Of a DNA stretch of 64,000 nt, positions 41,445 through 52,035 are shown in pieces. The number at the start of each line of letters is the position of its first letter. The first letter of the stretch is position 1. Source of the stretch: Bacillus subtilis subsp. subtilis str. 168 (GTDB taxonomy: Bacteria; Bacillota; Bacilli; Bacillales; Bacillaceae). Position numbers and translations under genes: made by a program. Under the pieces are notes generated by a model. The model did no database searches. It was not told the DNA's origin and saw only the letters and a list, made by a program, of their open reading frames with translations. The stretch covers positions 1,488,001-1,552,000 of the forward strand of contig NC_000964.3 of assembly GCF_000009045.1 (NCBI RefSeq), in the 5' to 3' direction.

Positions 41445-42422
41445 ATGGCGCAAATGACAATGATTCAAGCAATCACGGATGCGTTACGCACAGAACTGAA
41501 AAATGACGAAAATGTCTTAGTTTTCGGAGAAGACGTTGGTGTAAACGGCGGCGTATTCCGTGCGACAGAAGGATTGCAAAAAGAATTCGGTGAAGACCGT
41601 GTGTTTGACACGCCACTTGCTGAATCTGGTATCGGCGGTCTTGCCCTTGGTTTAGGCTTAAACGGCTTCCGTCCGGTAATGGAAATCCAATTCTTCGGAT
41701 TTGTTTATGAAGTAATGGATTCAGTTTCTGGCCAAATGGCTCGTATGCGCTACCGTTCTGGCGGACGCTGGACTTCACCTGTAACAATTCGTTCTCCATT
41801 CGGCGGCGGTGTTCATACTCCTGAACTTCACGCTGACAGCTTGGAAGGTCTTGTTGCACAACAGCCTGGTATCAAAGTTGTTATTCCATCAACTCCTTAC
41901 GATGCCAAAGGACTTTTAATTTCTGCGATCAGAGACAATGATCCTGTTGTCTTCTTAGAGCATATGAAGCTTTACCGTTCTTTCCGTCAGGAAGTTCCTG
42001 AAGAAGAATACACAATTGAGCTTGGAAAAGCTGACGTGAAACGTGAAGGTACTGATCTTTCAATCATCACTTACGGCGCAATGGTTCATGAATCATTAAA
42101 AGCTGCTGATGAGCTTGAAAAAGACGGCATTTCTGCTGAAGTTGTCGACCTTCGTACAGTAAGCCCACTTGATATCGATACAATTATCGCCTCTGTAGAA
42201 AAAACAGGACGCGCGATTGTCGTTCAAGAGGCACAAAAACAAGCCGGTATTGCTGCAAACGTAGTAGCAGAAATTAATGACCGTGCGATCCTGAGCTTGG
42301 AAGCACCTGTACTTCGCGTTGCAGCGCCAGATACAGTATTTCCTTTCTCTCAAGCGGAGAGCGTATGGCTTCCAAACCATAAAGACGTTCTTGAAACAGC
42401 AAGAAAAGTGCTTGAATTTTAA
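41445..42422 (+). CDS. pdhB: Pyruvate dehydrogenase E1 beta
   Basis: [14 protein letters not shown] and ELHADS motifs. Confidence 0.97.
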   Translation: MAQMTMIQAITDALRTELKNDENVLVFGEDVGVNGGVFRATEGLQKEFGEDRVFDTPLAESGIGGLALGLGLNGFRPVMEIQFFGFVYEVMDSVSGQMARMRYRSGGRWTSPVTIRSPFGGGVHTPELHADSLEGLVAQQPGIKVVIPSTPYDAKGLLISAIRDNDPVVFLEHMKLYRSFRQEVPEEEYTIELGKADVKREGTDLSIITYGAMVHESLKAADELEKDGISAEVVDLRTVSPLDIDTIIASVEKTGRAIVVQEAQKQAGIAANVVAEINDRAILSLEAPVLRVAAPDTVFPFSQAESVWLPNHKDVLETARKVLEF

Positions 42423-42536
42423 TCAAACTGCATAATCGAGAGGGAAGATGAACGTTTTCCCTCTATTATATATCTGTTTTCAATGCTTACGATGTAAACT
42501 TTAAAATTGCTTAATCAAACTAGGAGGTCGAGAACT

Positions 42537-43865
42537 GTGGCATTTGAATTTAAACTTCCAGATATCGGGGAAGGTATCCACGAAGGCGAAATCGTAAAAT
42601 GGTTTGTCAAGCCTAACGACGAGGTAGACGAAGATGATGTACTGGCTGAAGTCCAAAATGATAAAGCAGTAGTAGAAATTCCTTCACCTGTTAAAGGAAA
42701 AGTATTAGAATTAAAAGTTGAAGAGGGAACGGTTGCAACTGTTGGACAAACGATTATTACGTTTGATGCACCTGGTTACGAAGATCTTCAATTTAAAGGC
42801 AGCGACGAGTCTGACGATGCGAAAACTGAAGCACAAGTTCAGTCAACTGCAGAAGCTGGACAAGACGTTGCGAAAGAAGAGCAAGCTCAAGAGCCTGCAA
42901 AAGCTACTGGCGCAGGACAGCAGGATCAAGCTGAAGTTGACCCGAACAAACGCGTGATCGCTATGCCTTCCGTACGTAAATATGCACGTGAAAAAGGTGT
43001 AGACATCCGTAAGGTTACTGGTTCAGGCAACAACGGACGTGTTGTAAAAGAAGATATCGACAGCTTTGTAAACGGAGGAGCGCAAGAAGCTGCACCGCAA
43101 GAAACAGCTGCACCACAAGAAACAGCTGCTAAACCGGCTGCTGCACCAGCTCCAGAGGGCGAATTCCCAGAAACACGCGAAAAAATGAGCGGTATCCGTA
43201 AAGCAATTGCAAAAGCGATGGTTAACTCTAAACACACTGCTCCTCACGTAACGTTAATGGACGAAGTGGACGTAACAAACCTTGTTGCACATCGTAAACA
43301 GTTCAAACAGGTTGCTGCTGATCAAGGAATCAAGCTGACTTACTTGCCTTACGTTGTAAAAGCTCTTACATCTGCACTGAAAAAATTCCCTGTTTTAAAC
43401 ACGTCAATTGACGATAAAACAGATGAAGTCATCCAAAAACATTACTTCAACATCGGTATCGCTGCTGACACTGAAAAAGGCTTGCTTGTACCGGTTGTGA
43501 AAAATGCAGATCGTAAATCTGTCTTTGAAATTTCTGATGAAATCAATGGCCTTGCAACAAAAGCTCGTGAAGGCAAGCTTGCTCCAGCTGAAATGAAAGG
43601 CGCATCTTGCACAATTACAAACATCGGTTCTGCCGGCGGACAATGGTTCACTCCGGTTATCAACCATCCAGAAGTTGCGATTCTTGGTATCGGACGCATT
43701 GCAGAAAAAGCGATTGTTCGTGATGGCGAAATCGTAGCAGCTCCAGTCTTAGCTCTTTCTCTCAGCTTCGACCACCGTATGATCGACGGAGCAACTGCGC
43801 AAAATGCATTAAATCACATCAAGCGTTTACTGAACGATCCACAATTAATTTTAATGGAGGCGTAA
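42537..43865 (+). CDS. pdhC: Dihydrolipoamide acetyltransferase E2
   Basis: Lipoyl VQNDKA, E3-binding AMPSVR, catalytic FDHRMIDG; GTG after AGGAGG. Confidence 0.97.
   Translation: MAFEFKLPDIGEGIHEGEIVKWFVKPNDEVDEDDVLAEVQNDKAVVEIPSPVKGKVLELKVEEGTVATVGQTIITFDAPGYEDLQFKGSDESDDAKTEAQVQSTAEAGQDVAKEEQAQEPAKATGAGQQDQAEVDPNKRVIAMPSVRKYAREKGVDIRKVTGSGNNGRVVKEDIDSFVNGGAQEAAPQETAAPQETAAKPAAAPAPEGEFPETREKMSGIRKAIAKAMVNSKHTAPHVTLMDEVDVTNLVAHRKQFKQVAADQGIKLTYLPYVVKALTSALKKFPVLNTSIDDKTDEVIQKHYFNIGIAADTEKGLLVPVVKNADRKSVFEISDEINGLATKAREGKLAPAEMKGASCTITNIGSAGGQWFTPVINHPEVAILGIGRIAEKAIVRDGEIVAAPVLALSLSFDHRMIDGATAQNALNHIKRLLNDPQLILMEA
43089..43124 (+). repeat. 2 x 18-bp tandem repeat (AAPQET)2 in the PdhC linker
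   Basis: GCTGCACCGCAAGAAACA / GCTGCACCACAAGAAACA. Confidence 0.9.
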
Positions 43866-43869
43866 TGTT

Positions 43870-45282
43870 ATGGTAGTAGGAGATTTCCCTATTGAAACAG
43901 ATACTCTTGTAATTGGTGCGGGACCTGGCGGCTATGTAGCTGCCATCCGCGCTGCACAGCTTGGACAAAAAGTAACAGTCGTTGAAAAAGCAACTCTTGG
44001 AGGCGTTTGTCTGAACGTTGGATGTATCCCTTCAAAAGCGCTGATCAATGCAGGTCACCGTTATGAGAATGCAAAACATTCTGATGACATGGGAATCACT
44101 GCTGAGAATGTAACAGTTGATTTCACAAAAGTTCAAGAATGGAAAGCTTCTGTTGTCAACAAGCTTACTGGCGGTGTAGCAGGTCTTCTTAAAGGCAACA
44201 AAGTAGATGTTGTAAAAGGTGAAGCTTACTTTGTAGACAGCAATTCAGTTCGTGTTATGGATGAGAACTCTGCTCAAACATACACGTTTAAAAACGCAAT
44301 CATTGCTACTGGTTCTCGTCCTATCGAATTGCCAAACTTCAAATATAGTGAGCGTGTCCTGAATTCAACTGGCGCTTTGGCTCTTAAAGAAATTCCTAAA
44401 AAGCTCGTTGTTATCGGCGGCGGATACATCGGAACTGAACTTGGAACTGCGTATGCTAACTTCGGTACTGAACTTGTTATTCTTGAAGGCGGAGATGAAA
44501 TTCTTCCTGGCTTCGAAAAACAAATGAGTTCTCTCGTTACACGCAGACTGAAGAAAAAAGGCAACGTTGAAATCCATACAAACGCGATGGCTAAAGGCGT
44601 TGAAGAAAGACCAGACGGCGTAACAGTTACTTTCGAAGTAAAAGGCGAAGAAAAAACTGTTGATGCTGATTACGTATTGATTACAGTAGGACGCCGTCCA
44701 AACACTGATGAGCTTGGTCTTGAGCAAGTCGGTATCGAAATGACGGACCGCGGTATCGTGAAAACTGACAAACAGTGCCGCACAAACGTACCTAACATTT
44801 ATGCAATCGGTGATATCATCGAAGGACCGCCGCTTGCTCATAAAGCATCTTACGAAGGTAAAATCGCTGCAGAAGCTATCGCTGGAGAGCCTGCAGAAAT
44901 CGATTACCTTGGTATTCCTGCGGTTGTTTTCTCTGAGCCTGAACTTGCATCAGTTGGTTACACTGAAGCACAGGCGAAAGAAGAAGGTCTTGACATTGTT
45001 GCTGCTAAATTCCCATTTGCAGCAAACGGCCGCGCGCTTTCTCTTAACGAAACAGACGGCTTCATGAAGCTGATCACTCGTAAAGAGGACGGTCTTGTGA
45101 TCGGTGCGCAAATCGCCGGAGCAAGTGCTTCTGATATGATTTCTGAATTAAGCTTAGCGATTGAAGGCGGCATGACTGCTGAAGATATCGCAATGACAAT
45201 TCACGCTCACCCAACATTGGGCGAAATCACAATGGAAGCTGCTGAAGTGGCAATCGGAAGTCCGATTCACATCGTAAAATAA
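43870..45282 (+). CDS. pdhD: Dihydrolipoamide dehydrogenase E3
   Basis: [20 protein letters not shown] and HAHPTLGE motifs. Confidence 0.97.
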
Positions 45283-45292
45283 TTTTCATATC

Positions 45293-45328
45293 AAAAACAG
45301 CCCCGCTTTGAGCGAGGGCTGTTTTTTT
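45293..45328. terminator. Bidirectional terminator between pdhD and slp
   Basis: AAAAACAGCCC...GGGCTGTTTTT. Confidence 0.85.
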
Positions 45329-45701
45329 ATTTTGACAGCACATGCTGTAATGGTTTAATGATGTCTTCTTTCTTTTTCACACATCCCTCGATTTTCACCA
45401 CGACATGGCGCTGATCAACAACCATAAGGGTAGGGACAGTTTCAATCTCATCTTCCCAGCCTTCTTTTTTATCATAGACCTTCATTTTATCTATTTGCTC
45501 GGGATAATCTTTTTCTAAATCAAGCAGTGCATCGTAATAAGGCGCTTCCTGGTCTATTTGGTTCTCATCAGAAAAAAACAGGATTTGTGTATGATGAATG
45601 TTGTCAATCCGGCTTTTTTTCATCGGATTGATGGTGGAAAGCGTACAGCCCGATAAAGCAAATACTATTATCAGCATGGGGAATACCGCGCGATATCGCA
45701 T
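45327..45701 (-). CDS. slp: Small lipoprotein Slp
   Basis: Lipobox LSGC; 124 aa. Confidence 0.85.
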   Translation of the reverse strand: MRYRAVFPMLIIVFALSGCTLSTINPMKKSRIDNIHHTQILFFSDENQIDQEAPYYDALLDLEKDYPEQIDKMKVYDKKEGWEDEIETVPTLMVVDQRHVVVKIEGCVKKKEDIIKPLQHVLSK

Positions 45702-45795
45702 CTATCTTCTCCTCTGTATAAACAGTAGTTAACTAGCTTTAGTTTATCACGAGAGACGGCTTAATCTGCTTCTTGTTACCTAATTGTTATATAAT

Positions 45796-45809
45796 TGAAA
45801 CCGTTTTTA
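45796..45809 (+). promoter_or_regulatory. cre-like site upstream of SR1
   Basis: TGAAACCGTTTTTA, one mismatch to the cre consensus. Confidence 0.5.
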
Positions 45810-46012
45810 AAGTGAGATTACATATTATATCAATCGTTTAAAATAGCAACCTGGGGTATATTGAATTTTTTGCTGCATTCTTGGATGAAAGTTCAAGAAA
45901 ACGTGCAATTACATTATGTGCTGTGGCATATATATCGAGTAAAGCTTCTGTATGAAGAAGATATTGTATGATGGAAAATGGAAAAACAAGGTGAATATGA
46001 TGATATGAAATA

Positions 46013-46063
46013 AAATGTGTTATACAGTTTGTTGTTGACATTTTAAATGTGACATATTAATAT
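46013..46063 (+). promoter_or_regulatory. SR1 SigA promoter with two CcpN-type operators
   Basis: TTGACA (46035-46040)-N17-TAATAT; AAATGTGTTATACA and AAATGTGACATA repeats flank and overlap it. Confidence 0.7.
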
Positions 46064-46119
46064 AATAACAACAAAAGAAATTAAGCGTTTTCAAATTTCA
46101 AAGAAATGGGGAATAAGAG

Positions 46120-46239
46120 ATGGGTACGATTGTTTGCCAAGATTGCAACGAAGCCATTCATTACTTTGAAGATGAGAAAGTGACAACATTATATGGAACT
46201 TGCTGCGGACAATGTCAATGTCCTGTTGATGAAGAGTAA
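46120..46239 (+). CDS. ykzW: SR1P, 39-aa GapA-binding peptide
   Basis: Hand-translated MGTIVCQDCNEAIHYFEDEKVTTLYGTCCGQCQCPVDEE. Confidence 0.92.
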   Translation: MGTIVCQDCNEAIHYFEDEKVTTLYGTCCGQCQCPVDEE

Positions 46240-46273
46240 AAAAAAGCATGCGGCTTAAAGCCGCATGCTTTTT
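46238..46273. terminator. Bidirectional terminator between SR1 and speA
   Basis: AAAAAGCATGCGGC/GCCGCATGCTTTTT. Confidence 0.9.
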
Positions 46274-46278
46274 ATTTT

Positions 46279-47751
46279 TTATTGAATTGCTTTTTGTTCT
46301 TTGATGACCCGGATCATATGTAAAGTCGAGTCCTCAGGTCCTTGAACAGGGAGGCCTGCGTCAAGGTTTTTAAAAATGTAGCTGATGTTTTCTTCTGTAA
46401 TAATTTCTCCTGGGATGAAGATTGGAATACCAGGCGGATATACCATGACAAATTCAGCAATAATCCGTCCGGATGCTTCTTTTAATGGGATGACTTCCGT
46501 ATTTGCATAGAAAGCATCACGCGGAGTCATTGCCAATAAAGGTATTTCTGGAAGCAGAACCTCAGTTTGCTGATGTGTTACATCTTGTTCTGACATTTGC
46601 TGTGCGATCTCAGTTAAAGCCTCTACAAGCCGGTCTGCATCATTTTGGCTGTCACCAGGAGTGAAAATACACAAAATATTGTACAGATCAGAAAGCTCCA
46701 CCTCAATATTAAAGGATTCACGAAGCCATTTTTCCACGTCATGTCCTGTCAGGCCAAGACTTTTCACAGAGATAATCAATTTTGTCGGATCATAGCTGTA
46801 AGCTGCTTTCGACCCAAGAATCTCAGAACCGACACAATAAATGCCTTCAATCTGATTGAGGCGATCTCTCGTCTGATTGGCAAGCTTGAGTGTTTCCTCA
46901 GCAAGCTGGCGGCCTTCTGTTGCAAGGCGTTTTCTGGCAACATCCAAAGAAGCGAGAAGCAAGTAAGAAGTTGACGTAGTTGTCAGCATGCTCAGGATGG
47001 ATTGCACTCTGTCTTTAGATACAAGGCCTTCTCTCATGTTTAAAATAGAGCTTTGTGTCAGTGATCCGCCCAGCTTGTGTACACTTGTCGCTGCTATGTC
47101 CGCTCCTGCCTGCATAGCCGATAGCGGCAATTCGTCGTGAAAATGAATGTGAACGCCGTGTGCTTCATCCACAAGCACTGGCACATCAAACGAATGAGCG
47201 AGTTCTACGATGCTTTTTAAGTCGGCTGCAACACCGAAATATGTCGGGTTGATGACGAGAAGCCCTTTTGCATCCGGATGCTCGGTAAGCGCCCGTTTAG
47301 CAGATTCAAGTGTAATTCCGTGGGAGATGCCCAATTCATTGTCAATTTCAGGATGAATAAAAATTGGAACCGCTCCGGAAAATACAATAGCTGTCATAAT
47401 TGATTTATGAACATTTCTTGGAATAATAATTTTATCACCAGGTCCGCAAACAGCCATTACCATTGTCATAATGGCGCCGCTTGTTCCTTGAACAGAAAAA
47501 AATGTATGATCCGCTCCAAATGCTTCAGCAGCCAGATCTTGTGCTTGTTTAATAATGCCTTTTGGCGCGTGCAGATCGTCTAATGGTTCAATATTAATCA
47601 AATCTATGCTTAACGCGTTTTCACCGATAAATTGTCTGAATTCTGGGTCCATTCCTGCCCCTTTTTTATGGCCGGGAATGTGGAATTGAACAGGCTGTCT
47701 GCTTGCATGCTTTTTCAGTCCTGTGTATAAGGGTGTTTCATGTTGCGACAA
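46279..47751 (-). CDS. speA: Arginine decarboxylase (PLP-dependent, group III)
   Basis: FHIPGHK, VDEAHG and SVHK PLP-lysine; TTG start at 47751. Confidence 0.93.
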   Translation of the reverse strand: MSQHETPLYTGLKKHASRQPVQFHIPGHKKGAGMDPEFRQFIGENALSIDLINIEPLDDLHAPKGIIKQAQDLAAEAFGADHTFFSVQGTSGAIMTMVMAVCGPGDKIIIPRNVHKSIMTAIVFSGAVPIFIHPEIDNELGISHGITLESAKRALTEHPDAKGLLVINPTYFGVAADLKSIVELAHSFDVPVLVDEAHGVHIHFHDELPLSAMQAGADIAATSVHKLGGSLTQSSILNMREGLVSKDRVQSILSMLTTTSTSYLLLASLDVARKRLATEGRQLAEETLKLANQTRDRLNQIEGIYCVGSEILGSKAAYSYDPTKLIISVKSLGLTGHDVEKWLRESFNIEVELSDLYNILCIFTPGDSQNDADRLVEALTEIAQQMSEQDVTHQQTEVLLPEIPLLAMTPRDAFYANTEVIPLKEASGRIIAEFVMVYPPGIPIFIPGEIITEENISYIFKNLDAGLPVQGPEDSTLHMIRVIKEQKAIQ

Positions 47752-47935
47752 TTGTTTTCCCACCTTTGTAATCATACCTATGCATAATAGTGTGTATTAA
47801 AATCAGTTTCTCAACCGTTTTTTAGACGTAAAACAAATGAATTATATTATGAACTTGAAAGAATGTAAAGAACAATTTATGATCAAATGAAGATGCTTTC
47901 TCTTAAGGGAAGTAAATCTACAAGGAGTGAAGAAA

Positions 47936-48202
47936 ATGGAGTATCAATATCCGATGAATGAAGATTGGACAACCGAAGAAGCAGTGGATGTGATTGCATT
48001 TTTCCAGCAGGTTGAGCTTGCATATGAAAAAGGGGCGGATCGTGAAGAACTGCTTAAAGCTTACCGCCGTTTCAAGGAAATTGTACCGGGGAAGGCCGAA
48101 GAAAAAAAGCTATGCGGCGAGTTTGAGGAACAAAGTACATATTCTCCTTATCGCACGGTCAAACAGGCGAGAGAATCTGATCACGCGAAGATTAAGATGT
48201 AA
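47936..48202 (+). CDS. yktA: UPF0223 family protein
   Basis: MEYQYPMNEDW; SD AGGAG. Confidence 0.85.
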   Translation: MEYQYPMNEDWTTEEAVDVIAFFQQVELAYEKGADREELLKAYRRFKEIVPGKAEEKKLCGEFEEQSTYSPYRTVKQARESDHAKIKM

Positions 48203-48203
48203 G

Positions 48204-48236
48204 AAAAAGAGCCGGGGGATATCCCGGCTCTTTTTT
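48204..48236. terminator. Bidirectional terminator between yktA and yktB
   Basis: AAAAAGAGCCGGG/CCCGGCTCTTTTT. Confidence 0.88.
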
Positions 48237-48873
48237 ATGCTTGTGTTACTTTTTGGGTGAGACGGTACAGAAAAGCAAGCTGTTTAAAGGCATCGTCGAT
48301 ACGCTGAAGGAATTCCTGGTTATTCATATTCAGCACTTCTTCTTTTTGGAGCTGGATGCCGCATAACAGCTCGGCTTTCTTTACAGTCTGCAAACGCTCA
48401 AACAGTGTCTTCAGCTGTTCCTTGTCCATTTCAGACTGTTTATGTACTCCCGGTTTTGTGTGATCTGCAGACCAAACGAAGCTGTCAGGGATATTTTTCG
48501 TAATGGTTTCTTGGTTCACTTCAAGCAATTTGCCGTATTCTTCTTTGATAGGGGATTCATAAATAATCGCGAACCATACAAAGACGTGGCTTTCCCATAA
48601 ACCAATTTGGAAATGCGGCAGTTTTTTATAGCCTCTTTTGCTGTTTGCGAACGCCACCCAGCTGTCAGCCGGGGGATTGACGGATCTTCTTGCGTGCTTT
48701 GCCACATGCGGAAACATTTCATCTCCGGTTAAAGCTGATAAAGTTGGGGCAAAATGTTCGCCTAGAGCTGTAAGCTTCGGACGGACCGTCTCTTTTAATA
48801 CTTCCATGCGCGCGTCTAAGCCTTCTATTGTAAATGTGTTAAAGTCTTCTTCAGTGAAACGCATTTGTGTCAT
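48235..48873 (-). CDS. yktB: UPF0637 family protein
   Basis: [21 protein letters not shown]; SD AAGGAGG. Confidence 0.85.
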
Positions 48874-48943
48874 GATTTTCCTCCTTCATGCTAAGTATAC
48901 ATATTTTATCACAGTTCATACGAGCTTCAAAAAGATTGAGCGC

Positions 48944-48970
48944 GTTTGAAGTAAGGAGAAATGTGGTAAT
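48944..48970 (+). promoter_or_regulatory. Possible SigB promoter of ykzI-suhB-ykzC
   Basis: GTTTGA-N15-GGTAAT, imperfect match. Confidence 0.4.
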
Positions 48971-49112
48971 AAACGAGTAGGTAAACACACAATTTTCAGA
49001 ATCATGTTGCGCGTAAATAGAACAATCATACGATATAAGAAGTAATCATTGTTGAATGGCAAAATGGGATGCTTTTTTACAAACAAATGATCTCTGGAAG
49101 GGGCGAAAGACA

Positions 49113-49301
49113 ATGAGGCAAGTTGTAAAAGAGGGATTTAAGGAAGAGAAAAACAATCGTGTTGCTGTCTGGAGACTAGAGGTTGATTATGAATTGGCAA
49201 CCCTATATGAAGCAATGCAGAAAGAAAATGAAGAGCAGATTGAACAAAGCAAAAACAAACTTGAGCGACTTAGAAAAGAATGGATTCGTCTTAACGGGTA
49301 A
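49113..49301 (+). CDS. ykzI: Small coiled-coil general stress protein
   Basis: 62 aa from ATG 49113 after GAAGGGG. Confidence 0.8.
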   Translation: MRQVVKEGFKEEKNNRVAVWRLEVDYELATLYEAMQKENEEQIEQSKNKLERLRKEWIRLNG

Positions 49302-49440
49302 AAAAGCGATAGTGAAAACGAACCGCATGAATGGTTCGTTTTTACGTGAGAAGGGATATTTTTCATTTTCCTTGCTTTTTCATTGCCGTTATCAGTATCC
49401 TATAAAATAAAAGGTCTACATAGAAGAGAGGTACGAACGA

Positions 49441-50238
49441 ATGACAAATTGGACGGAAATCGATGAGATTGCAAAGAAATGGATAAGAGAAGCAGGCGCG
49501 AGAATTACACAATCCATGCATGAAAGCCTGACAATTGAAACGAAATCAAATCCGAATGATTTAGTCACCAATATTGACAAAGAAACCGAAAAGTTTTTCA
49601 TTGATCGAATTCAAGAAACATTTCCGGGACATCGGATACTCGGTGAAGAGGGGCAAGGAGACAAAATCCACTCACTTGAGGGAGTCGTATGGATTATTGA
49701 TCCGATTGATGGGACGATGAATTTTGTGCACCAGCAAAGAAATTTTGCGATTTCCATTGGGATTTTTGAAAACGGTGAAGGTAAAATCGGTTTAATTTAT
49801 GATGTGGTGCACGATGAGTTGTATCACGCATTTAGCGGCAGAGGAGCTTATATGAATGAAACGAAGCTGGCTCCATTAAAAGAAACCGTCATTGAAGAAG
49901 CGATTCTTGCCATTAATGCAACATGGGTAACGGAAAACAGAAGAATTGATCAAAGTGTGTTAGCGCCACTTGTGAAAAGAGTCAGAGGCACACGCTCCTA
50001 CGGTTCTGCCGCTTTAGAGCTGGCAAATGTCGCGGCAGGAAGAATAGATGCTTACATCACGATGCGGCTTGCGCCATGGGACTACGCAGCCGGCTGTGTG
50101 CTGTTAAATGAAGTAGGAGGCACCTATACGACCATTGAAGGAGAGCCGTTTACCTTTTTAGAAAACCACAGTGTGCTAGCCGGAAACCCATCTATACATA
50201 AAACGATATTTGAAGAGTATCTTCATGCTCGGAAGTAG
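49441..50238 (+). CDS. suhB: Inositol monophosphatase family protein (YktC)
   Basis: ILGEE, WIIDPIDGTMNF and WDYAAG motifs. Confidence 0.92.
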   Translation: MTNWTEIDEIAKKWIREAGARITQSMHESLTIETKSNPNDLVTNIDKETEKFFIDRIQETFPGHRILGEEGQGDKIHSLEGVVWIIDPIDGTMNFVHQQRNFAISIGIFENGEGKIGLIYDVVHDELYHAFSGRGAYMNETKLAPLKETVIEEAILAINATWVTENRRIDQSVLAPLVKRVRGTRSYGSAALELANVAAGRIDAYITMRLAPWDYAAGCVLLNEVGGTYTTIEGEPFTFLENHSVLAGNPSIHKTIFEEYLHARK

Positions 50239-50692
50239 GCCATTTGAGCAGGATGATCTCAGCTTGTTAGAAAAGCTCGCGGAGGCTCATCCTGTATGGA
50301 AAGAGGAGGAGTTTGGAGATAAAGATGCAGAAGACTATATCATTTCCTACTCCATGTACAACGGTTCATGGCTTGTATGGGAAAAAGACGGTATGCCTGT
50401 TGCCGTCAGCTACCATCTCGAGTGGTCTCCTTCAAACGGTAAGCCGTGGCTCGGAACGGTCCTGATTGACCCGGCTGAAGAAAAAAAGGGACATGCGAAG
50501 ATGATCATTGAACAGATCAGCAAATTGCTTAGAGCGAAACATAAAGCGATGTTTGCGGGAGTTCCCATTGAGCGCAGGGAATGGATACTGTTTTTAAGCC
50601 AATGCGGCTTTGAACAGCTGAAAACGGAAAAAGATGAGAAAGGCAAATCATTTATGATCTTGGTGAAGCCTTTAGCAGAAGCTGCCGTATGA
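50225..50692 (+). CDS. ykzC: GNAT-family acetyltransferase
   Basis: GNAT N-terminal RPFEQDDL and motif A LIDP.EEKKGHA; start uncertain (50210, 50225 or 50264). Confidence 0.75.
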   Translation: MLGSRPFEQDDLSLLEKLAEAHPVWKEEEFGDKDAEDYIISYSMYNGSWLVWEKDGMPVAVSYHLEWSPSNGKPWLGTVLIDPAEEKKGHAKMIIEQISKLLRAKHKAMFAGVPIERREWILFLSQCGFEQLKTEKDEKGKSFMILVKPLAEAAV

Positions 50693-50726
50693 TAATGGCA
50701 GCTTATTTGCTGCATGCGGGTTCAAT

Positions 50727-50754
50727 AAAAAGCCTCTCAAACATTGAGAGGCTT
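50727..50754. terminator. Terminator between ykzC and yktD
   Basis: AAGCCTCTCAA/TTGAGAGGCTT. Confidence 0.8.
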
Positions 50755-50769
50755 CTGATGATTTGAAAA

Positions 50770-51684
50770 TTATTTTTTTACCGCATGAATATAATGAATC
50801 GTTTCAAACGCTGACAAATTGTCTTTTCGATTACTAAAGAAAAGGTCATTGATGTCGTCTGGTGATAGATGTTCATAGATCAGTAAACCAGATGACTCTA
50901 ACAGATGTTCAATCTCTTGATAAGTGAAACATGATTTCATCGGTTCCCCGCTTGCGGCAGCCATCTTCACCATATGTTCAACTCGATTCGACGTCCCTTT
51001 TGCTGTAAAAAGTGTTTCGTCCGCATAATCAAAAACAATAGAGCTTCCAGGCGGGACATGAGAAAATAAATTGCTGATCAAGCTTGCATTTTCTTCCCGT
51101 GTTACATAATAAGACACTCCGAGAAGGCTGAAGAATGTTTTTGTGTTTTTAAATCCTTCATCTAAGAGAGGATCATACGAAAACGTTTTGGTGAAATCCA
51201 TAGGAACAAAATGAAGATGACCCGGAATTGTCAGATTTGCATCCTTCAGCTTATTTTTTTTCAATTGCTGTGTGGCCGGATGATCAACCTCGAAAACCTG
51301 TAAGCTGTTTTCTAATTCTGGATGCCGAAAGCAGAAAGTATCCAGTCCCGCTCCAAGAATGACATACTGTTTTGCCCCCAGGATTAATTCGTTGTGCAAG
51401 ACTTTTTCACAATAAGAAGCACGTGCTAGGGGCGTTGGAGACAGCTGGATTTGTGCAACCCATTTTAATATTTTTTCAGGATCATTTTGAAGACGTTCGG
51501 CGATCTCTTTGTTGAAAAACGATATTTCTTGAATCATATTTTTACTGATGTCGATAAACTCTTTTTCGTTAATGAGATCTTTTGCGATAAAATCATCAAA
51601 AATAAGAGGTGTGTCATATCGGCTGTGATATGCACGGGCAAAAGCTGAAATTAGAGACGTTAAGCTGGACTCATTTTTCCTCAT
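50770..51684 (-). CDS. yktD: SAM-dependent methyltransferase (leucine carboxyl methyltransferase-like)
   Basis: QYVILGAGLDT, FEVDHP and LLGVSYY motifs; SD GGAGG. Confidence 0.88.
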   Translation of the reverse strand: MRKNESSLTSLISAFARAYHSRYDTPLIFDDFIAKDLINEKEFIDISKNMIQEISFFNKEIAERLQNDPEKILKWVAQIQLSPTPLARASYCEKVLHNELILGAKQYVILGAGLDTFCFRHPELENSLQVFEVDHPATQQLKKNKLKDANLTIPGHLHFVPMDFTKTFSYDPLLDEGFKNTKTFFSLLGVSYYVTREENASLISNLFSHVPPGSSIVFDYADETLFTAKGTSNRVEHMVKMAAASGEPMKSCFTYQEIEHLLESSGLLIYEHLSPDDINDLFFSNRKDNLSAFETIHYIHAVKK

Positions 51685-51732
51685 GAAATGATCCTCCACA
51701 AAAAATAAGATTCCCCTGGCCAGGAGAATCTT

Positions 51733-51789
51733 ATTATACATACAAATATATTAATAGTAAATTTTAGCATAAATAAATTTTTTTGTCAA
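51733..51789 (-). promoter_or_regulatory. Tandem SigA promoters of yktD
   Basis: P1 TTGACA (51784-51789)-N17-TAAAAT with TG extension; P2 TTTACT (51756-51761)-N17-TATAAT. Confidence 0.7.
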
Positions 51790-52002
51790 TGTTTTTGCTC
51801 TTAACTGGACGCGCGATCCTTCACATAGCCACGTGACCTGTAGCAGAATTCGTCTATCAATTATGTGGACTGAATCATTAGCTTTTATAAAATGCGCACT
51901 TGCGGCTGCATCCCTCTTTATGCAAATCAGGAGCGGTTTTCTGTCTCATGGCAGCATCTTTTCGTCGTTTCAGCTGAGAGAGAAATCAAGATATGTAACA
52001 AT

Positions 52003-52028
52003 AAAAGCCTGAGGGATCTCAGGCTTTT
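52003..52028 (-). terminator. Terminator after nprE
   Basis: AAAAGCCTGAG/CTCAGGCTTTT. Confidence 0.85.
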
Positions 52029-52035
52029 CCTAATA

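Larger units (their letters stand above)
46070..46274 (+). ncRNA. sr1: SR1 dual-function regulatory RNA (ends approximate)
   Basis: Promoter to terminator span of about 205 nt containing the SR1P ORF, between slp and speA; recognised locus. Confidence 0.85.

Noticed and set aside
45838-46041. 67-aa minus-strand ORF between slp and SR1
   Set aside because: Overlaps the SR1 promoter and operators, has no SD, and shows low-information composition.
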